This document shows, piece by piece, positions 28,084 through 42,454 of a DNA stretch of 64,000 nt (positions within the stretch are counted from its first letter, which is position 1; each line of letters starts with the position of its first letter). The stretch spans positions 6,400,001 to 6,464,000 of the forward strand of contig CBDBDQ010000005.1 in assembly GCA_965203905.1 (NCBI GenBank). The letters are read 5' to 3'. Position numbers and translations under genes: made by a program. The DNA comes from Spirochaetia bacterium (lineage in GTDB: Bacteria; Spirochaetota; Spirochaetia; SZUA-6; Bin103). The notes under the pieces are model-generated. The model was not told where the DNA came from. It worked only from the letters and a program-made list of their open reading frames with translations, and did not search any database.

Positions 28084-30132
28084 CTAGCGGCCGGCGGCCG
28101 CGGCCTCGGCGGCCTGCGAGCGCTTGATCACGTCCTCGGCCAGCCGTCCGGTGATCGGCGCGTAGTGGTCGAATTGCATCTCGAACGACGCGGTCCCGGA
28201 GGTCATCGACTTGAGGTCGATGGCGTAGCGCAGCAGCTCCGCCTGCGGCACCAGCGCCTTGATCTCGAGGATGCCGGCGCCGATCGGCTCCTGCCCCTGA
28301 ATGCGCCCGCGACGACCGCTCAGATCCGACAGCACGTCGCCCAGGTACTGTTCCTCGGCATACACCGTCAGGTCGCACACCGGCTCCAGGAGCACCGGCT
28401 TCGCCTGCTGCACCGCGTCACGCAGCGCGCCGCGAGCCGCCAGTGCGAACGCCAGCTCCGAGGAGTCCACCGAGTGCTCCTTGCCGTCCACCAGCGTCGC
28501 CTCGATGCCCATCACGGGAAAGCCGGCCAGCACGCCGCCGGCCATCCCTTCGCGCAGGCCCTTCTCCACGCCGGGAATATAGCCCCGCGAGATGGCGCCG
28601 CCGACGATCTGGTTGACGAACTCGAACTCCTCGCCGTTGGGCAGCGGCTTGATCTTGATCTCCACCTTGGCGTACTGGCCGTGGCCGCCGGTCTGCTTCT
28701 TGTGCTGATACTCGGCCGCTGCCGATCCGGTGATGGTCTCGCGGTAGGCGATGCGCGGGACGTTGGTCGCCACCTCCACCTTGGCGTTGTTCTTGAGCCG
28801 TTCCAGCGCGATGGAGAGCTGCAACTCGCCCATGGTGGATACCACCGTCTCCCTGGTCTCGCCGTTGTAGCGGACGCGGAAGGTCGGATCTTCCTCCGCT
28901 GCCCGGCTCAGGAATTGCCCCAGCTTGTCCTCGTCCTTCTTGGACTCCGCCGCCACCGTCACCGCGTGCACCGGCTGCGGCAAGTCCAGCGGCGGGTAGT
29001 TCAGCTCCCGATCCTGCGCCAGCGTGTCACCGGTGGCCGCGCTGGCGAGCTTGGTGAGCACGCCCAGGTCACCAGCGGCCAGCGCCGGAACATCCTTCAG
29101 GTCGGCGCCTTGCAGCAGGAACAGCTTGGTGATCCGCTCCTTCTTGCCGTCGCGGGTCGTGACCAGGTCCGCGTCCGGGGTCAGCCGGCCGCTCATCACC
29201 TTGATCCAGGACAGCTTGCCGGAGTACTGGTCCAGACTGGTCTTGAACACGAATGCCGACGGCTCCCCGTCGGCACTCACCTGCGGCTCTCCGGCCGCCT
29301 CCAGCGGCGACGGTGCCGCCAACCGGATCAGGTCCAGCAGGCTGGCGACCCCGGCATTGAGCGTGGCGGCGCCGGCCACCACCGGAACCACCACGTTCTC
29401 CTTGAGCGACGCCGCCAGACCGGACCGCACTTCCTCCTCGCTCAAGGTCTCCTCTTCGAGATACTTCTCCATCAGCGCGTCATCGCCTTCGGCCGCGCCC
29501 TCGATCAGACCCTGCCGGTACTCCTCGACGGCGTCCGCGGCCGCGTCCGGCACGGCGCCGGCAGACTCCTTGCCACCGGTGTGCGACAACGCCTTGCCGC
29601 TGATCAGATCCACCACGCCGGCAAACCCGTCGCCGGCGCCGATCGGCACCACCACCGGCACGAAGTTGCCTGCCAGCTTTTCCCGCAGATCCGCGATCAC
29701 GCTGGCGAAGTCGGCGTGCTCCTTGTCCATCTGGTTGACGAACACGGCGCGCGGCATGCCGGCCGCCTCCAGGCGCCGCCACAGCTTGGCGGTCTCGATC
29801 TGCACGCCCACGTCGGCGCCTACCGTGACCACCGCCAGCTCGGCCACGTGCAACGCCGCCACCACGTCGCCGACGAAGTCCGCCGACCCCGGGGTGTCAA
29901 GCAGATTGATCTTGGTACCCTTCCACTGCAGGTGGCCCATCGCGGTGTGCACGGAGATGCCGCGTGCGATCTCCTCGGGCGCGTGATCGCTCACCGACTT
30001 GCCGCCGTCGACCGGAGCGAACTTGGCTACTTCGCCGGCCTGCACCAGGGCCTGCTCCAGCAGGGAGGTCTTTCCGGTTCCGCCGTGTCCGATGATCGCG
30101 ACGTTGCGGATGTCGGAAGATGACGTGCTCAT
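28084..30132 (-). CDS. Elongation factor G-like protein (EFG II subfamily)
   Basis: Divergent G1 GHGGTGKT and switch I RGISV, DTPG, NQMD; domain IV HKKQTGGHGQY and HSVDSSE intact. Confidence 0.85.
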   Translation of the reverse strand: MSTSSSDIRNVAIIGHGGTGKTSLLEQALVQAGEVAKFAPVDGGKSVSDHAPEEIARGISVHTAMGHLQWKGTKINLLDTPGSADFVGDVVAALHVAELAVVTVGADVGVQIETAKLWRRLEAAGMPRAVFVNQMDKEHADFASVIADLREKLAGNFVPVVVPIGAGDGFAGVVDLISGKALSHTGGKESAGAVPDAAADAVEEYRQGLIEGAAEGDDALMEKYLEEETLSEEEVRSGLAASLKENVVVPVVAGAATLNAGVASLLDLIRLAAPSPLEAAGEPQVSADGEPSAFVFKTSLDQYSGKLSWIKVMSGRLTPDADLVTTRDGKKERITKLFLLQGADLKDVPALAAGDLGVLTKLASAATGDTLAQDRELNYPPLDLPQPVHAVTVAAESKKDEDKLGQFLSRAAEEDPTFRVRYNGETRETVVSTMGELQLSIALERLKNNAKVEVATNVPRIAYRETITGSAAAEYQHKKQTGGHGQYAKVEIKIKPLPNGEEFEFVNQIVGGAISRGYIPGVEKGLREGMAGGVLAGFPVMGIEATLVDGKEHSVDSSELAFALAARGALRDAVQQAKPVLLEPVCDLTVYAEEQYLGDVLSDLSGRRGRIQGQEPIGAGILEIKALVPQAELLRYAIDLKSMTSGTASFEMQFDHYAPITGRLAEDVIKRSQAAEAAAAGR

Positions 30133-30221
30133 GGCTGTGAGACTCCTTGTCGGGGAAGTGGCAGGCGCATCATGAGCCGCTCAGGGGGACGATTGCGGGA
30201 GACGGCACCGTACCGTCAGGC

Positions 30222-30250
30222 ATAGTAGGTCCGCGCACTCTTCTTGTCAA
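30222..30250 (-). promoter_or_regulatory. Putative sigma70 promoter of the EFG II-like gene
   Basis: TTGACA-17 nt-TACTAT. Confidence 0.6.
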
Positions 30251-30294
30251 CGTTGCGCATTGCCTCGCGGTGCTCGCTGCGGGCCCGCTCAGGC

Positions 30295-32322
<2,028 letters not shown>

Positions 32323-32364
32323 GACGGCGATGGGCAATATAGCCGGTTCGTGATACGGTCCGCC

Positions 32365-33360
32365 ATGGCTCCGCGACGGCTCAGGGTGCTGTTTCTGCCG
32401 CAACCCGGGGTGCCGGTGAGCGACAGCCGCAACGCCCGCCACCTGGCGGCGGTCAGCGCGCGCCACGACACCGCGGTGTACGACCCGAGCCGTCCCGCGG
32501 CGCCGCAGTTCCGCGATGTCGAGGCGGTGGTCGACATGGGCGGCAATGCCAGCCGTGACCTGATCGACCACGCCGCCGACGCCGGCGTGCGCTATTTCCA
32601 GGCACAGACCAACGGGCTCGACCACGTGGAGGTCGAGCACATTCTGAGCCGTGGCATCACCCTGGCGCACTGCCCCGGTCATCTGAGCGCCGAGGCCCTG
32701 GCACAGAGTGCGATGATGTACCTGCTGCTACTGGCCGGACGCTACAAGGAGGCGGTCGCCAACTTCGCCGGCGGCGCCTACTACGAGCCCGAGGGCAAAC
32801 GCCTGCACGGCAAGCTGCTGGCGATCATCGGCTACGGCACCAGCGGCTTCCAGCTCGCGCGCCGGGCGCAGCCCTTCGGCATGCGCCTCGCCGCCATCGA
32901 CGTACGCCGCATCCCGCAGGAGACGCTGGCAGAGGTGCCGCTGGAGTTCTGTGGCGGCCCCGAAGAGATGGACGACCTCCTCGCCGAGTGTGACGCGGTC
33001 TCGCTCCATCTGCACCTGCATCCGGGTACCCGCCACATCATCGACCGGCGACGTATCGGTCTGCTCAAGCCCACCGCGTGGGTGATCAACGTCGCGCGCG
33101 GCGCTCTGATCGATGAACCAGCGCTGTATCGCGCCTTGCTCGCGGGCGAAGTGGGCGGCGCCGGTCTGGACGTCTTCGAACGGGAGCCGCCCGATCACCG
33201 CCATCCGGTGTACGCGCTGCCGAACGTCTACGCGACCCCGCATACCGCCGGCGGCACCGAGGCCACCATGGGCAATCGGGCACGCTTCGCAGCGCAGAAC
33301 CTGGACCGCATCGCCCGTGACGAGGAACCACTCGGCATCGTCACCGGCCGTATCAGATAG
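32365..33360 (+). CDS. D-isomer specific 2-hydroxyacid dehydrogenase
   Basis: [29 protein letters not shown]. Confidence 0.9.
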   Translation: MAPRRLRVLFLPQPGVPVSDSRNARHLAAVSARHDTAVYDPSRPAAPQFRDVEAVVDMGGNASRDLIDHAADAGVRYFQAQTNGLDHVEVEHILSRGITLAHCPGHLSAEALAQSAMMYLLLLAGRYKEAVANFAGGAYYEPEGKRLHGKLLAIIGYGTSGFQLARRAQPFGMRLAAIDVRRIPQETLAEVPLEFCGGPEEMDDLLAECDAVSLHLHLHPGTRHIIDRRRIGLLKPTAWVINVARGALIDEPALYRALLAGEVGGAGLDVFEREPPDHRHPVYALPNVYATPHTAGGTEATMGNRARFAAQNLDRIARDEEPLGIVTGRIR

Positions 33361-34183
33361 GGCGCGCGAGGGGTACCAGCAGTACCGCCATCAGGCGGCA
33401 GCGGAGGCCGCCGCCGTCACGCCGCGAGGAGTGCAGACGGCGGCTGCAGGAGGTGCACTCGGCGACCGCGCGAATGTCGCGTACGCCGAGGCGGCGCAGC
33501 AGGATTGCGTTGGCCGCGTGCAGGTCGAGGTAGAGTCCGGTGCCGTGCTCGCGGCGCACCGCGCTTTCGCGGCGCACCGCGGCGCTGCCGTAGCGGTCGC
33601 GGAACCGCCGGTAGCGAGCCGCGTCGACCTGGTAGCAGCAGGCCCCGATGGCGGGCCCGAGCACCACGCTCAGGGAACTCGGGGCCACGGCGAAGTGCTG
33701 CCGCAGACCGTCCACCGCCGCGGCGACGATCCCGGTGCCGCGCCAGCCGGAATGCAGCAACGCGTAGGCACCTCCCGGCGCCGTGATGAGGATCGGCACG
33801 CAGTCCGCGGCGGTCACCATCAGGGTCACGCCGGCGGCCGCGCTGTGAGGTCCGGCGATCAACCCGTCCGCCGGCTCCGGCGCCCATTCCGTAGCCGGAA
33901 CCTGCTGCCGGCGCCCGGCCGGTGGCGACAGGCGGCCGCGGGTGACATCCGCGACCACCTGTCGCGAGTGAACCTGCAGCACGCGGCGTAGCCGTGCGGG
34001 TGCGATACCGACTCGTCCGAGAAAATCGCGCAGCGAACCGGGTGCGCGCATGTCGCCCGCGGTGCGCAACGATACCAGGCCGGTGAAGGCCTCGTGCACC
34101 GGCATGGCCAGCACACCGGCGGTGAACGGCCGCATCGTCACCGGTTCGATCATGCGCCGTTCCCCGAATGCGGCGGCACGCAA
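33353..34183 (-). CDS. pgeF: YfiH/PgeF family (polyphenol oxidase-like) protein
   Basis: QVHS, ADG, ADCVPI, HSGWRG, GPAIGACCY, CT..HSSRR. Confidence 0.85.
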   Translation of the reverse strand: MRAAAFGERRMIEPVTMRPFTAGVLAMPVHEAFTGLVSLRTAGDMRAPGSLRDFLGRVGIAPARLRRVLQVHSRQVVADVTRGRLSPPAGRRQQVPATEWAPEPADGLIAGPHSAAAGVTLMVTAADCVPILITAPGGAYALLHSGWRGTGIVAAAVDGLRQHFAVAPSSLSVVLGPAIGACCYQVDAARYRRFRDRYGSAAVRRESAVRREHGTGLYLDLHAANAILLRRLGVRDIRAVAECTSCSRRLHSSRRDGGGLRCRLMAVLLVPLARPI

Positions 34184-34193
34184 CCGGAGTTGC

Positions 34194-34787
34194 TCAGCGC
34201 TCGGCGCGGCGCTCCGCCCTGCCGTTGGCCGGCGCCAGGATCAGCGCCGCGGTCAACTTGATGGCATCTCCAATCAGGAACGGGGTCATTCCCAGCATCA
34301 CCGCGGCCCCCAGCCCGCCATCGACGAAGCGTGCCAGCCACGGCACGCCGCAAAGGTAGATCACGAGGTTACCGGCAACCATCGCCAGTGCCAGGCGCAC
34401 CCGGCTGCCGCGACTGTGCTCGGCCAGGACCGCTATCACGACCGCGGCCAGCAGGAATCCCAACAGGTAGCCACCCGTGGGTCCGGCCAGCGCCGCCGCT
34501 CCCGCGGCGCCGCCGGCGAAGAACGGCAGGCCGAGGACCCCCTGCGCAAGGTACGCGGCGACCGCCGCCGGACCGCGCCAGCCGCCGAGCATGACCGGCA
34601 GCAACAGGACCGCGAACGTCTGCCCGGTAATCGGCACCGGCGTGAAGGGCAGTGGAATGCGAACCTGCGCACACAGGGCCAGCAACAGGGCCCCCCCGAG
34701 CACGGCTGCGATATCGACCATGCCGCGGCTGACCCGCGACGCTGCCGGGGCGCCCTCGGAGAACCTGATTGGTGGAGCATCAAGCAT
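34194..34787 (-). CDS. bioY: Biotin transporter BioY
   Basis: PFTPVPITGQTFAV, GLPFFAGG, GPTGGYLLGF, PFLIGDAIK; true start may be further downstream. Confidence 0.9.
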   Translation of the reverse strand: MLDAPPIRFSEGAPAASRVSRGMVDIAAVLGGALLLALCAQVRIPLPFTPVPITGQTFAVLLLPVMLGGWRGPAAVAAYLAQGVLGLPFFAGGAAGAAALAGPTGGYLLGFLLAAVVIAVLAEHSRGSRVRLALAMVAGNLVIYLCGVPWLARFVDGGLGAAVMLGMTPFLIGDAIKLTAALILAPANGRAERRAER

Positions 34788-34844
34788 GCCCTTATGGTGT
34801 CAATTTCAGGCCCACGAAGCAAGCAGAAAGGACATTAACTGGCA

Positions 34845-35038
34845 ACCGAAACGGGCCCCGGACTTGATCCGTTTACGGCGCTGGAACCAGCACCCATTGT
34901 GGTTCTGAAACGGGCCCTTTGCGGCACCTTGCGAGTACCAACATCCGCGCCAGCAGAGCGCAGCAGGTTGTTTGCCGTTCGCCGCCACCCAAGGATCAAA
35001 GATCGGTCCTGGCGCAGACTTGGGAGTTCCTTCTCGGT
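34845..35038 (-). ncRNA. Candidate structured non-coding RNA of unknown family
   Basis: Nested stems ACCGAGA/TTTCGGT, GGAC/GTCC, TTGATCC/GGATCAA, CGGCG/CGCCG enclosing three hairpins, one GCAA-capped; G-U pairs favour the minus strand. Confidence 0.5.
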
Positions 35039-35086
35039 CGGTATCGGGGCGTCGCGGAGCCATCGTGGCACGGTCCCGCGGTACCG

Positions 35087-35548
35087 TTACAGCAACACCG
35101 CTCCGGGGAACAGGAAGTGCAGCACCGCTACCGCCATTCCCGCCAGGCCGACCGGCACGCGGTAACCGAGGGCGAGATGCGCGGTTTTTTCCACCGGTCC
35201 GTCCGCCGGAATCACGTGGTCGGATTCCTCGTTGCCAGCCGCCTCGGGGTCGACTGCGTCTTCTTCCGCGGGACGGAGAGCGGTAACCACCAGCGATCCG
35301 CCGAGCACAATGCCGGCAACGGCGGGGAGCAGATCACCCACCACGACGATCTGCAACGGGTTGGCGTACACCAGCAGCTTCAGGATGCCCACGGCGGCCG
35401 TAATACTGCCGATGGTCAGCCGTGCGGTGCGCTGGTTGAGTCCCGGGAGCAGCGACTGTAAGCCGGGAAACCGCGTCGCCAGATAATCGCCGGCCAGAGT
35501 CACACCGGCCAGGAGGTTGGTCACGATAGACAGGAAGTAGAACTGCAT
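35087..35548 (-). CDS. Hypothetical membrane protein
   Basis: MQFYFLSIVTNLLAG..., about 4 hydrophobic segments, 'VVGDLLPA', 'LHFLFPGAVLL'; RBS GGAGG. Confidence 0.75.
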   Translation of the reverse strand: MQFYFLSIVTNLLAGVTLAGDYLATRFPGLQSLLPGLNQRTARLTIGSITAAVGILKLLVYANPLQIVVVGDLLPAVAGIVLGGSLVVTALRPAEEDAVDPEAAGNEESDHVIPADGPVEKTAHLALGYRVPVGLAGMAVAVLHFLFPGAVLL

Positions 35549-35623
35549 GGGGTTCCTCCAGGCCACCGTATCATACTCTGCTTTCCGGCCGGCGGTCAAT
35601 TCACCGCTGAACCCGGCACAGTC

Positions 35624-37222
35624 TCAACTTGGCGTCGATTCTGCCCTGGCGCCGGGCCAGGCGGCGCGGCCGAGATGGGGCAGCAGGTCCTCCGCAAGGA
35701 ACCAGCCGCCGGCGCCCAACGCCAGTCGTGCCGCCTCCGCATGCACCAGGACCCCGGCCCGCGCGGCGGCGGCAGGCGCCAGTCCACGGCTGAGCAGTCC
35801 GGCGACCACTCCCGCCAGCACGTCACCCGAGCCGCCGGTGCCGAGGGCGGCGTTGGCGCCATCCAACAACGCCAGCGGCGTGCTTGCGGAAACTGCTGCG
35901 GGCGCGGCGCAGGCCACGTAACTGACGTGGCTCTTGAGGATCACCGTTGCCTGCCAGCGCTCCGCGGCCGCGGTAGCCGCTTCTGCCGGGTCGGCCAGCA
36001 CCTCCGCGGTGGGGATGTCCAGCAGACGCCCCATTTCTCCGGGGTGCGGCGTCAGCACCCAGCGCCCGTGGAGCCGCCGCGGCTGCCCCTCCTCGGCCGC
36101 GAGCCGGGCCAGCAGGGTAAGTCCGTCCGCGTCCAACACACCGGGCAGCGGCGCCTCCAGCAGTTCCCCGAGCACTGCCAGCCGGGCGCCGCCGAGGCCC
36201 CACCCCGGCCCCACCAGCAGGGCCTCGTGACGCGCCAGCAGGGCCTTCAGATCAGGCCCTCCGGTTACCTCTAGGCGGCGGCACATGGTGGAACGCGCCG
36301 CCGGCGCCACCAGTTCGTAGGTGCGTGCATCGACGTACAGGGTAACCAGTCCCGCACCGACCCGCCCCGCGGCCGCAGCGGCGAGGTGTCCGGCACCGGT
36401 GGTACCGGGCGAGGCGGCGAGTACGGCGACGTGTCCGCGGGTACCCTTGTGCGCGTCGATCGCAGCGGCTGGCAGCAGATCGGACAGCAGATCGGCGGTG
36501 AGCAGGTCGCAGCCGGCGCCGGGATCGGTGAGCAGAGCGCGCGGAAAGCCCGCCGCCACCACCAGTATCTCCCCGGCCGCCGTGCGCGCGGCCGGCAGAT
36601 AGAGGCACCGTTTCGGCAGCCCGACGGTGACGGTGGCGTCGGCGCGCACCAGTGGACCGCCCCGGTATCCGTCGCGCAGACCACTGGGCACGTCGATGGC
36701 AACCACCTTGCCGGAAGCGGCGTTGATCCGTTCCACGATCGCCGCCGCCGGTGGCGCCAGCTCGGCGCGCAGCCCGGTACCGGTGATCCCGTCGAAGATC
36801 CACCTGGCCGCCGCGATGGCAGCCTCCGCGTCCGGTCCCACCGCGACCGGGATACCCAGCGCGCGGCATGCGGCCAGGTTGTCGGCGGGAGCCCCACCCG
36901 GCCGCGGCTCCCCCGCGGCCAGAACCACGACCACCTCATCGGCACCGCCGTTGCAGGCGTGACGTGCCATCACCAGGGCATCGCCGCCGTTGTTGCCACG
37001 CCCGGCCACGAACACCAGCCGCCCCGGTGCGTCGGAGCCTGCCCACAGATGGGCGCGCACCGCGGCATAGGCGTTGGCACCGGCATTCTCCATCAGCACG
37101 CTGCCGGGCAGCGCCCATTCGCTCTGGGCACGCCGGTCGATCGCCGCCATCCTGGCACCGGTCACCACCCGCAGCGGACGCAGGTTGCGCCATGCTGCCG
37201 GACCCACTTGCCTGGTCCTCAT
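35624..37222 (-). CDS. nnr: Bifunctional NAD(P)H-hydrate epimerase/dehydratase
   Basis: LMENAG, GRGNNGGD, DVPSG, HKG, DADGL, LTPHPGEM, GGSGDVLAG. Confidence 0.92.
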   Translation of the reverse strand: MRTRQVGPAAWRNLRPLRVVTGARMAAIDRRAQSEWALPGSVLMENAGANAYAAVRAHLWAGSDAPGRLVFVAGRGNNGGDALVMARHACNGGADEVVVVLAAGEPRPGGAPADNLAACRALGIPVAVGPDAEAAIAAARWIFDGITGTGLRAELAPPAAAIVERINAASGKVVAIDVPSGLRDGYRGGPLVRADATVTVGLPKRCLYLPAARTAAGEILVVAAGFPRALLTDPGAGCDLLTADLLSDLLPAAAIDAHKGTRGHVAVLAASPGTTGAGHLAAAAAGRVGAGLVTLYVDARTYELVAPAARSTMCRRLEVTGGPDLKALLARHEALLVGPGWGLGGARLAVLGELLEAPLPGVLDADGLTLLARLAAEEGQPRRLHGRWVLTPHPGEMGRLLDIPTAEVLADPAEAATAAAERWQATVILKSHVSYVACAAPAAVSASTPLALLDGANAALGTGGSGDVLAGVVAGLLSRGLAPAAAARAGVLVHAEAARLALGAGGWFLAEDLLPHLGRAAWPGARAESTPS

Positions 37223-38415
37223 CGCCCGCTCCCCGCTACCTCCGCCACCAGCAGGTCACTGCGCCACCACACGACTCGCGCCCGCTCGTCCTCGGCCAGC
37301 AGCGCGTACAGTACGCCGCCGGCGCTCATTCCGAGGGACGCGAACTGCAGCCCTGCCTCGTCGATTCCGAACCGGCGGCGGGTCACTACCCTGCCGCCGC
37401 GCCCCAATACGACCAGCGAGTGCATCTGCTCGTTCTCCCGCCGGGTCAAAAACAGCAGTCCGTCCGTCGTCACGCCGAGCGGGTGATACGCCGGCGCCGC
37501 CTGCTCTTCCCCGCCGCCGGCCCCGGCGCCGCGCCGCGATCCGCCGGCGGGCAGCGCAAACGCCCCGACCACGCTGTTCGTAGCCAGATCATATACCCGT
37601 ACTCCCGGTGCGTCCCGGACCCCGGCGGGATCCGGCGCACCGCTCTCCGTGGGCGCCGCGTCGACGAACAACAGCAGCCGGCGCTCCGTCAACTGGGGTA
37701 TCACCTCCCAGACCACCAGAGCCTCTTCGTCGTCGAGCGCTCCGACGTAGGGCAGCTCCACCTGCGCCTGGAGCCGGCCAGCCGCGTCGTACCAGTATCC
37801 GAGCCACCGCCGCGGCGTGCGCGCGACCACCACCAGGAGATCATCCGCGGTCACCGCAAGGCGCTGAATGTGTGGAAACGGCGTCCCGCCAATCCCCTCC
37901 CGGCCGATCGCGCCGAGGTGTCGCCCACCGGAGGCGAACCGCTGCACCAACTGGCCCTGGCCGCCGCCGGCCCCGCCTGGCACCGTGTCTGCGACGAAGA
38001 TCCGCTGCGAGCTGTCCACCGCCAGGTAGCTCGGCTCGTGCAACGCGTGGGGCACCGCCAACCGGGTGGCCGCTGCCGCCGCCAGCCCCACCGGCGCCGG
38101 GTTGCTGCGCGGGTTGTATATGATCAGCAGCAGGTCGCCGTAGGACGAGAGCTGCAGCACCTTCCGCGCATTGCCGTTGGCGATATAGAACAGCCCGTCG
38201 CGCATGCTGATCCGCGTTGCATCGCGCACCGCCGAGCCGCCAATGCGGAACAGGTCAAGCTGCTCGTCCAGGGGCCCGAGGCTCAGACTGAACAGCTCGT
38301 CACGGGCCAACTCCGGCGCCGGTTGTCGGGTGCATGCAGCCGGCAACAGACAGGCGACGACCGCCAGGCTGGCGAGCGTCACCCGAACTGCAATGCGGCA
38401 GCTCACAGCCGCCAT
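37219..38415 (-). CDS. Spirochete-type beta-propeller lipoprotein (LIC_12708-like)
   Basis: Lipobox-like PAAC; 'MRDGLFYIANG..KVLQLSSYGDLL', 'IGREGIGGTPFP', 'WWRSD'. Confidence 0.6.
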   Translation of the reverse strand: MAAVSCRIAVRVTLASLAVVACLLPAACTRQPAPELARDELFSLSLGPLDEQLDLFRIGGSAVRDATRISMRDGLFYIANGNARKVLQLSSYGDLLLIIYNPRSNPAPVGLAAAAATRLAVPHALHEPSYLAVDSSQRIFVADTVPGGAGGGQGQLVQRFASGGRHLGAIGREGIGGTPFPHIQRLAVTADDLLVVVARTPRRWLGYWYDAAGRLQAQVELPYVGALDDEEALVVWEVIPQLTERRLLLFVDAAPTESGAPDPAGVRDAPGVRVYDLATNSVVGAFALPAGGSRRGAGAGGGEEQAAPAYHPLGVTTDGLLFLTRRENEQMHSLVVLGRGGRVVTRRRFGIDEAGLQFASLGMSAGGVLYALLAEDERARVVWWRSDLLVAEVAGSGR

Positions 38416-38516
38416 CCTAGCAGCTCGGCGCGCCCGGGCACAAGCCGCGATCGGCTCCCCACTGCGCCCGCCCGGCCGCGTAGACCGGTGCCGCCTCAGT
38501 AGCTACATTGGGAACC

Positions 38517-41336
<2,820 letters not shown>

Positions 41337-41374
41337 CCTGACCTGACACGGCGCCGGTGGCCCTACCGGGCGGG

Positions 41375-42454
41375 TTAGCGAAGACCGGGAATAAACTGCG
41401 CCGGGTTGAGCTGAATGTTGCCGCGGCGAATCTCGAAGTGGAGATGGGGGCCGGTAGAGCGGCCGGTCGATCCGATACGGCCCACGGTCTCGCCGCGACG
41501 TACCGTCTGGCCGCGACTCACGTAGATCCGGTCCAAGTGCCCATACAGCGATGAGTAGCCGGCCAGGAAATGGGACACGATGATGTAGTTGCCCAGCACC
41601 GCGCCGCGGCCGACCGCGGCCACCCGACCACCCTGCGTGGCGCGCACCGGCGTGCCGCGCGCTGCGGCAATGTCGATTCCGCGGTGGAAACTGCGGCGGC
41701 CGGTGAACGGATCGATACGCGGACCGAAGCGGGAGCTGACCCAACCGTTGGCGGGTCGGTCAAAGGCTGCGCCGATCGCCAGGGTCAACTCACGCCCCGA
41801 GTGCTGCACGCCCGGGAAGAACAACTCCATGGAGGGCCGCAGGAGGTCGCGGGTCACCCGGTTGGTGCTCAGCACCGTTTCCGGGAGCACTCCGTGGCGC
41901 AGGCTCAGTGCATCCAGATCGTTGCCGACGGGCAGAAAGATGCCGTCCTGGTTGGGAATCTGGATCAACTCGCCGACCGCCAGAAAGTGGACGCCAACCC
42001 CGGCGGTGCGATTCAGCGAAGCCACGGTATCGAGGGTGAGCCCGAAACGCTGTGCAATGACGCTGAAGTTGTCGCCGGCCTTGACCCGGTATTGCTTGAC
42101 GTCGAGCGGCAGTGGCTCCAGTTCCATGCCCCCGCGGAGGTCGCCATCGTTCGCGCTCACCGCCTGCGCTGAAGGGGCTGGCTCCAGGCGCGAAAACTCG
42201 ATCTGGATCGTGTCCAACCAGTCGCTCGGATAGTACAGGTACTCCTGCTCGTCATAGAGCGCCGCGCGCGTGGACCCGATGACGGCGACCTGCACGGCGA
42301 ACACGGTCAAGCCGCACGCCACCGCTGCCACCAGCCACCGGTGCACTCGTCGCCCCGTGCGCCGGCCACGGCGGCGGCGCCTGGTCACGTGCGGCTCTCC
42401 AACCTGCGCGGACATCCGCAACAGATTACTGCAGGTGCTCGGACGGGTCGACAT
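41375..42454 (-). CDS. LysM and M23 peptidoglycan endopeptidase
   Basis: YRVKAGD LysM, HRGID, YGH, STGPHLHFE. Confidence 0.9.
   Translation of the reverse strand: MSTRPSTCSNLLRMSAQVGEPHVTRRRRRGRRTGRRVHRWLVAAVACGLTVFAVQVAVIGSTRAALYDEQEYLYYPSDWLDTIQIEFSRLEPAPSAQAVSANDGDLRGGMELEPLPLDVKQYRVKAGDNFSVIAQRFGLTLDTVASLNRTAGVGVHFLAVGELIQIPNQDGIFLPVGNDLDALSLRHGVLPETVLSTNRVTRDLLRPSMELFFPGVQHSGRELTLAIGAAFDRPANGWVSSRFGPRIDPFTGRRSFHRGIDIAAARGTPVRATQGGRVAAVGRGAVLGNYIIVSHFLAGYSSLYGHLDRIYVSRGQTVRRGETVGRIGSTGRSTGPHLHFEIRRGNIQLNPAQFIPGLR

Noticed and set aside
34790-34980. BirA operator, or c-di-GMP-I riboswitch (GGCAAAC...GCAAAG), upstream of bioY
   Set aside because: Only one TGTCAA half-site with no properly spaced partner; the GEMM-like words lack the expected GAAA-tetraloop and receptor architecture.
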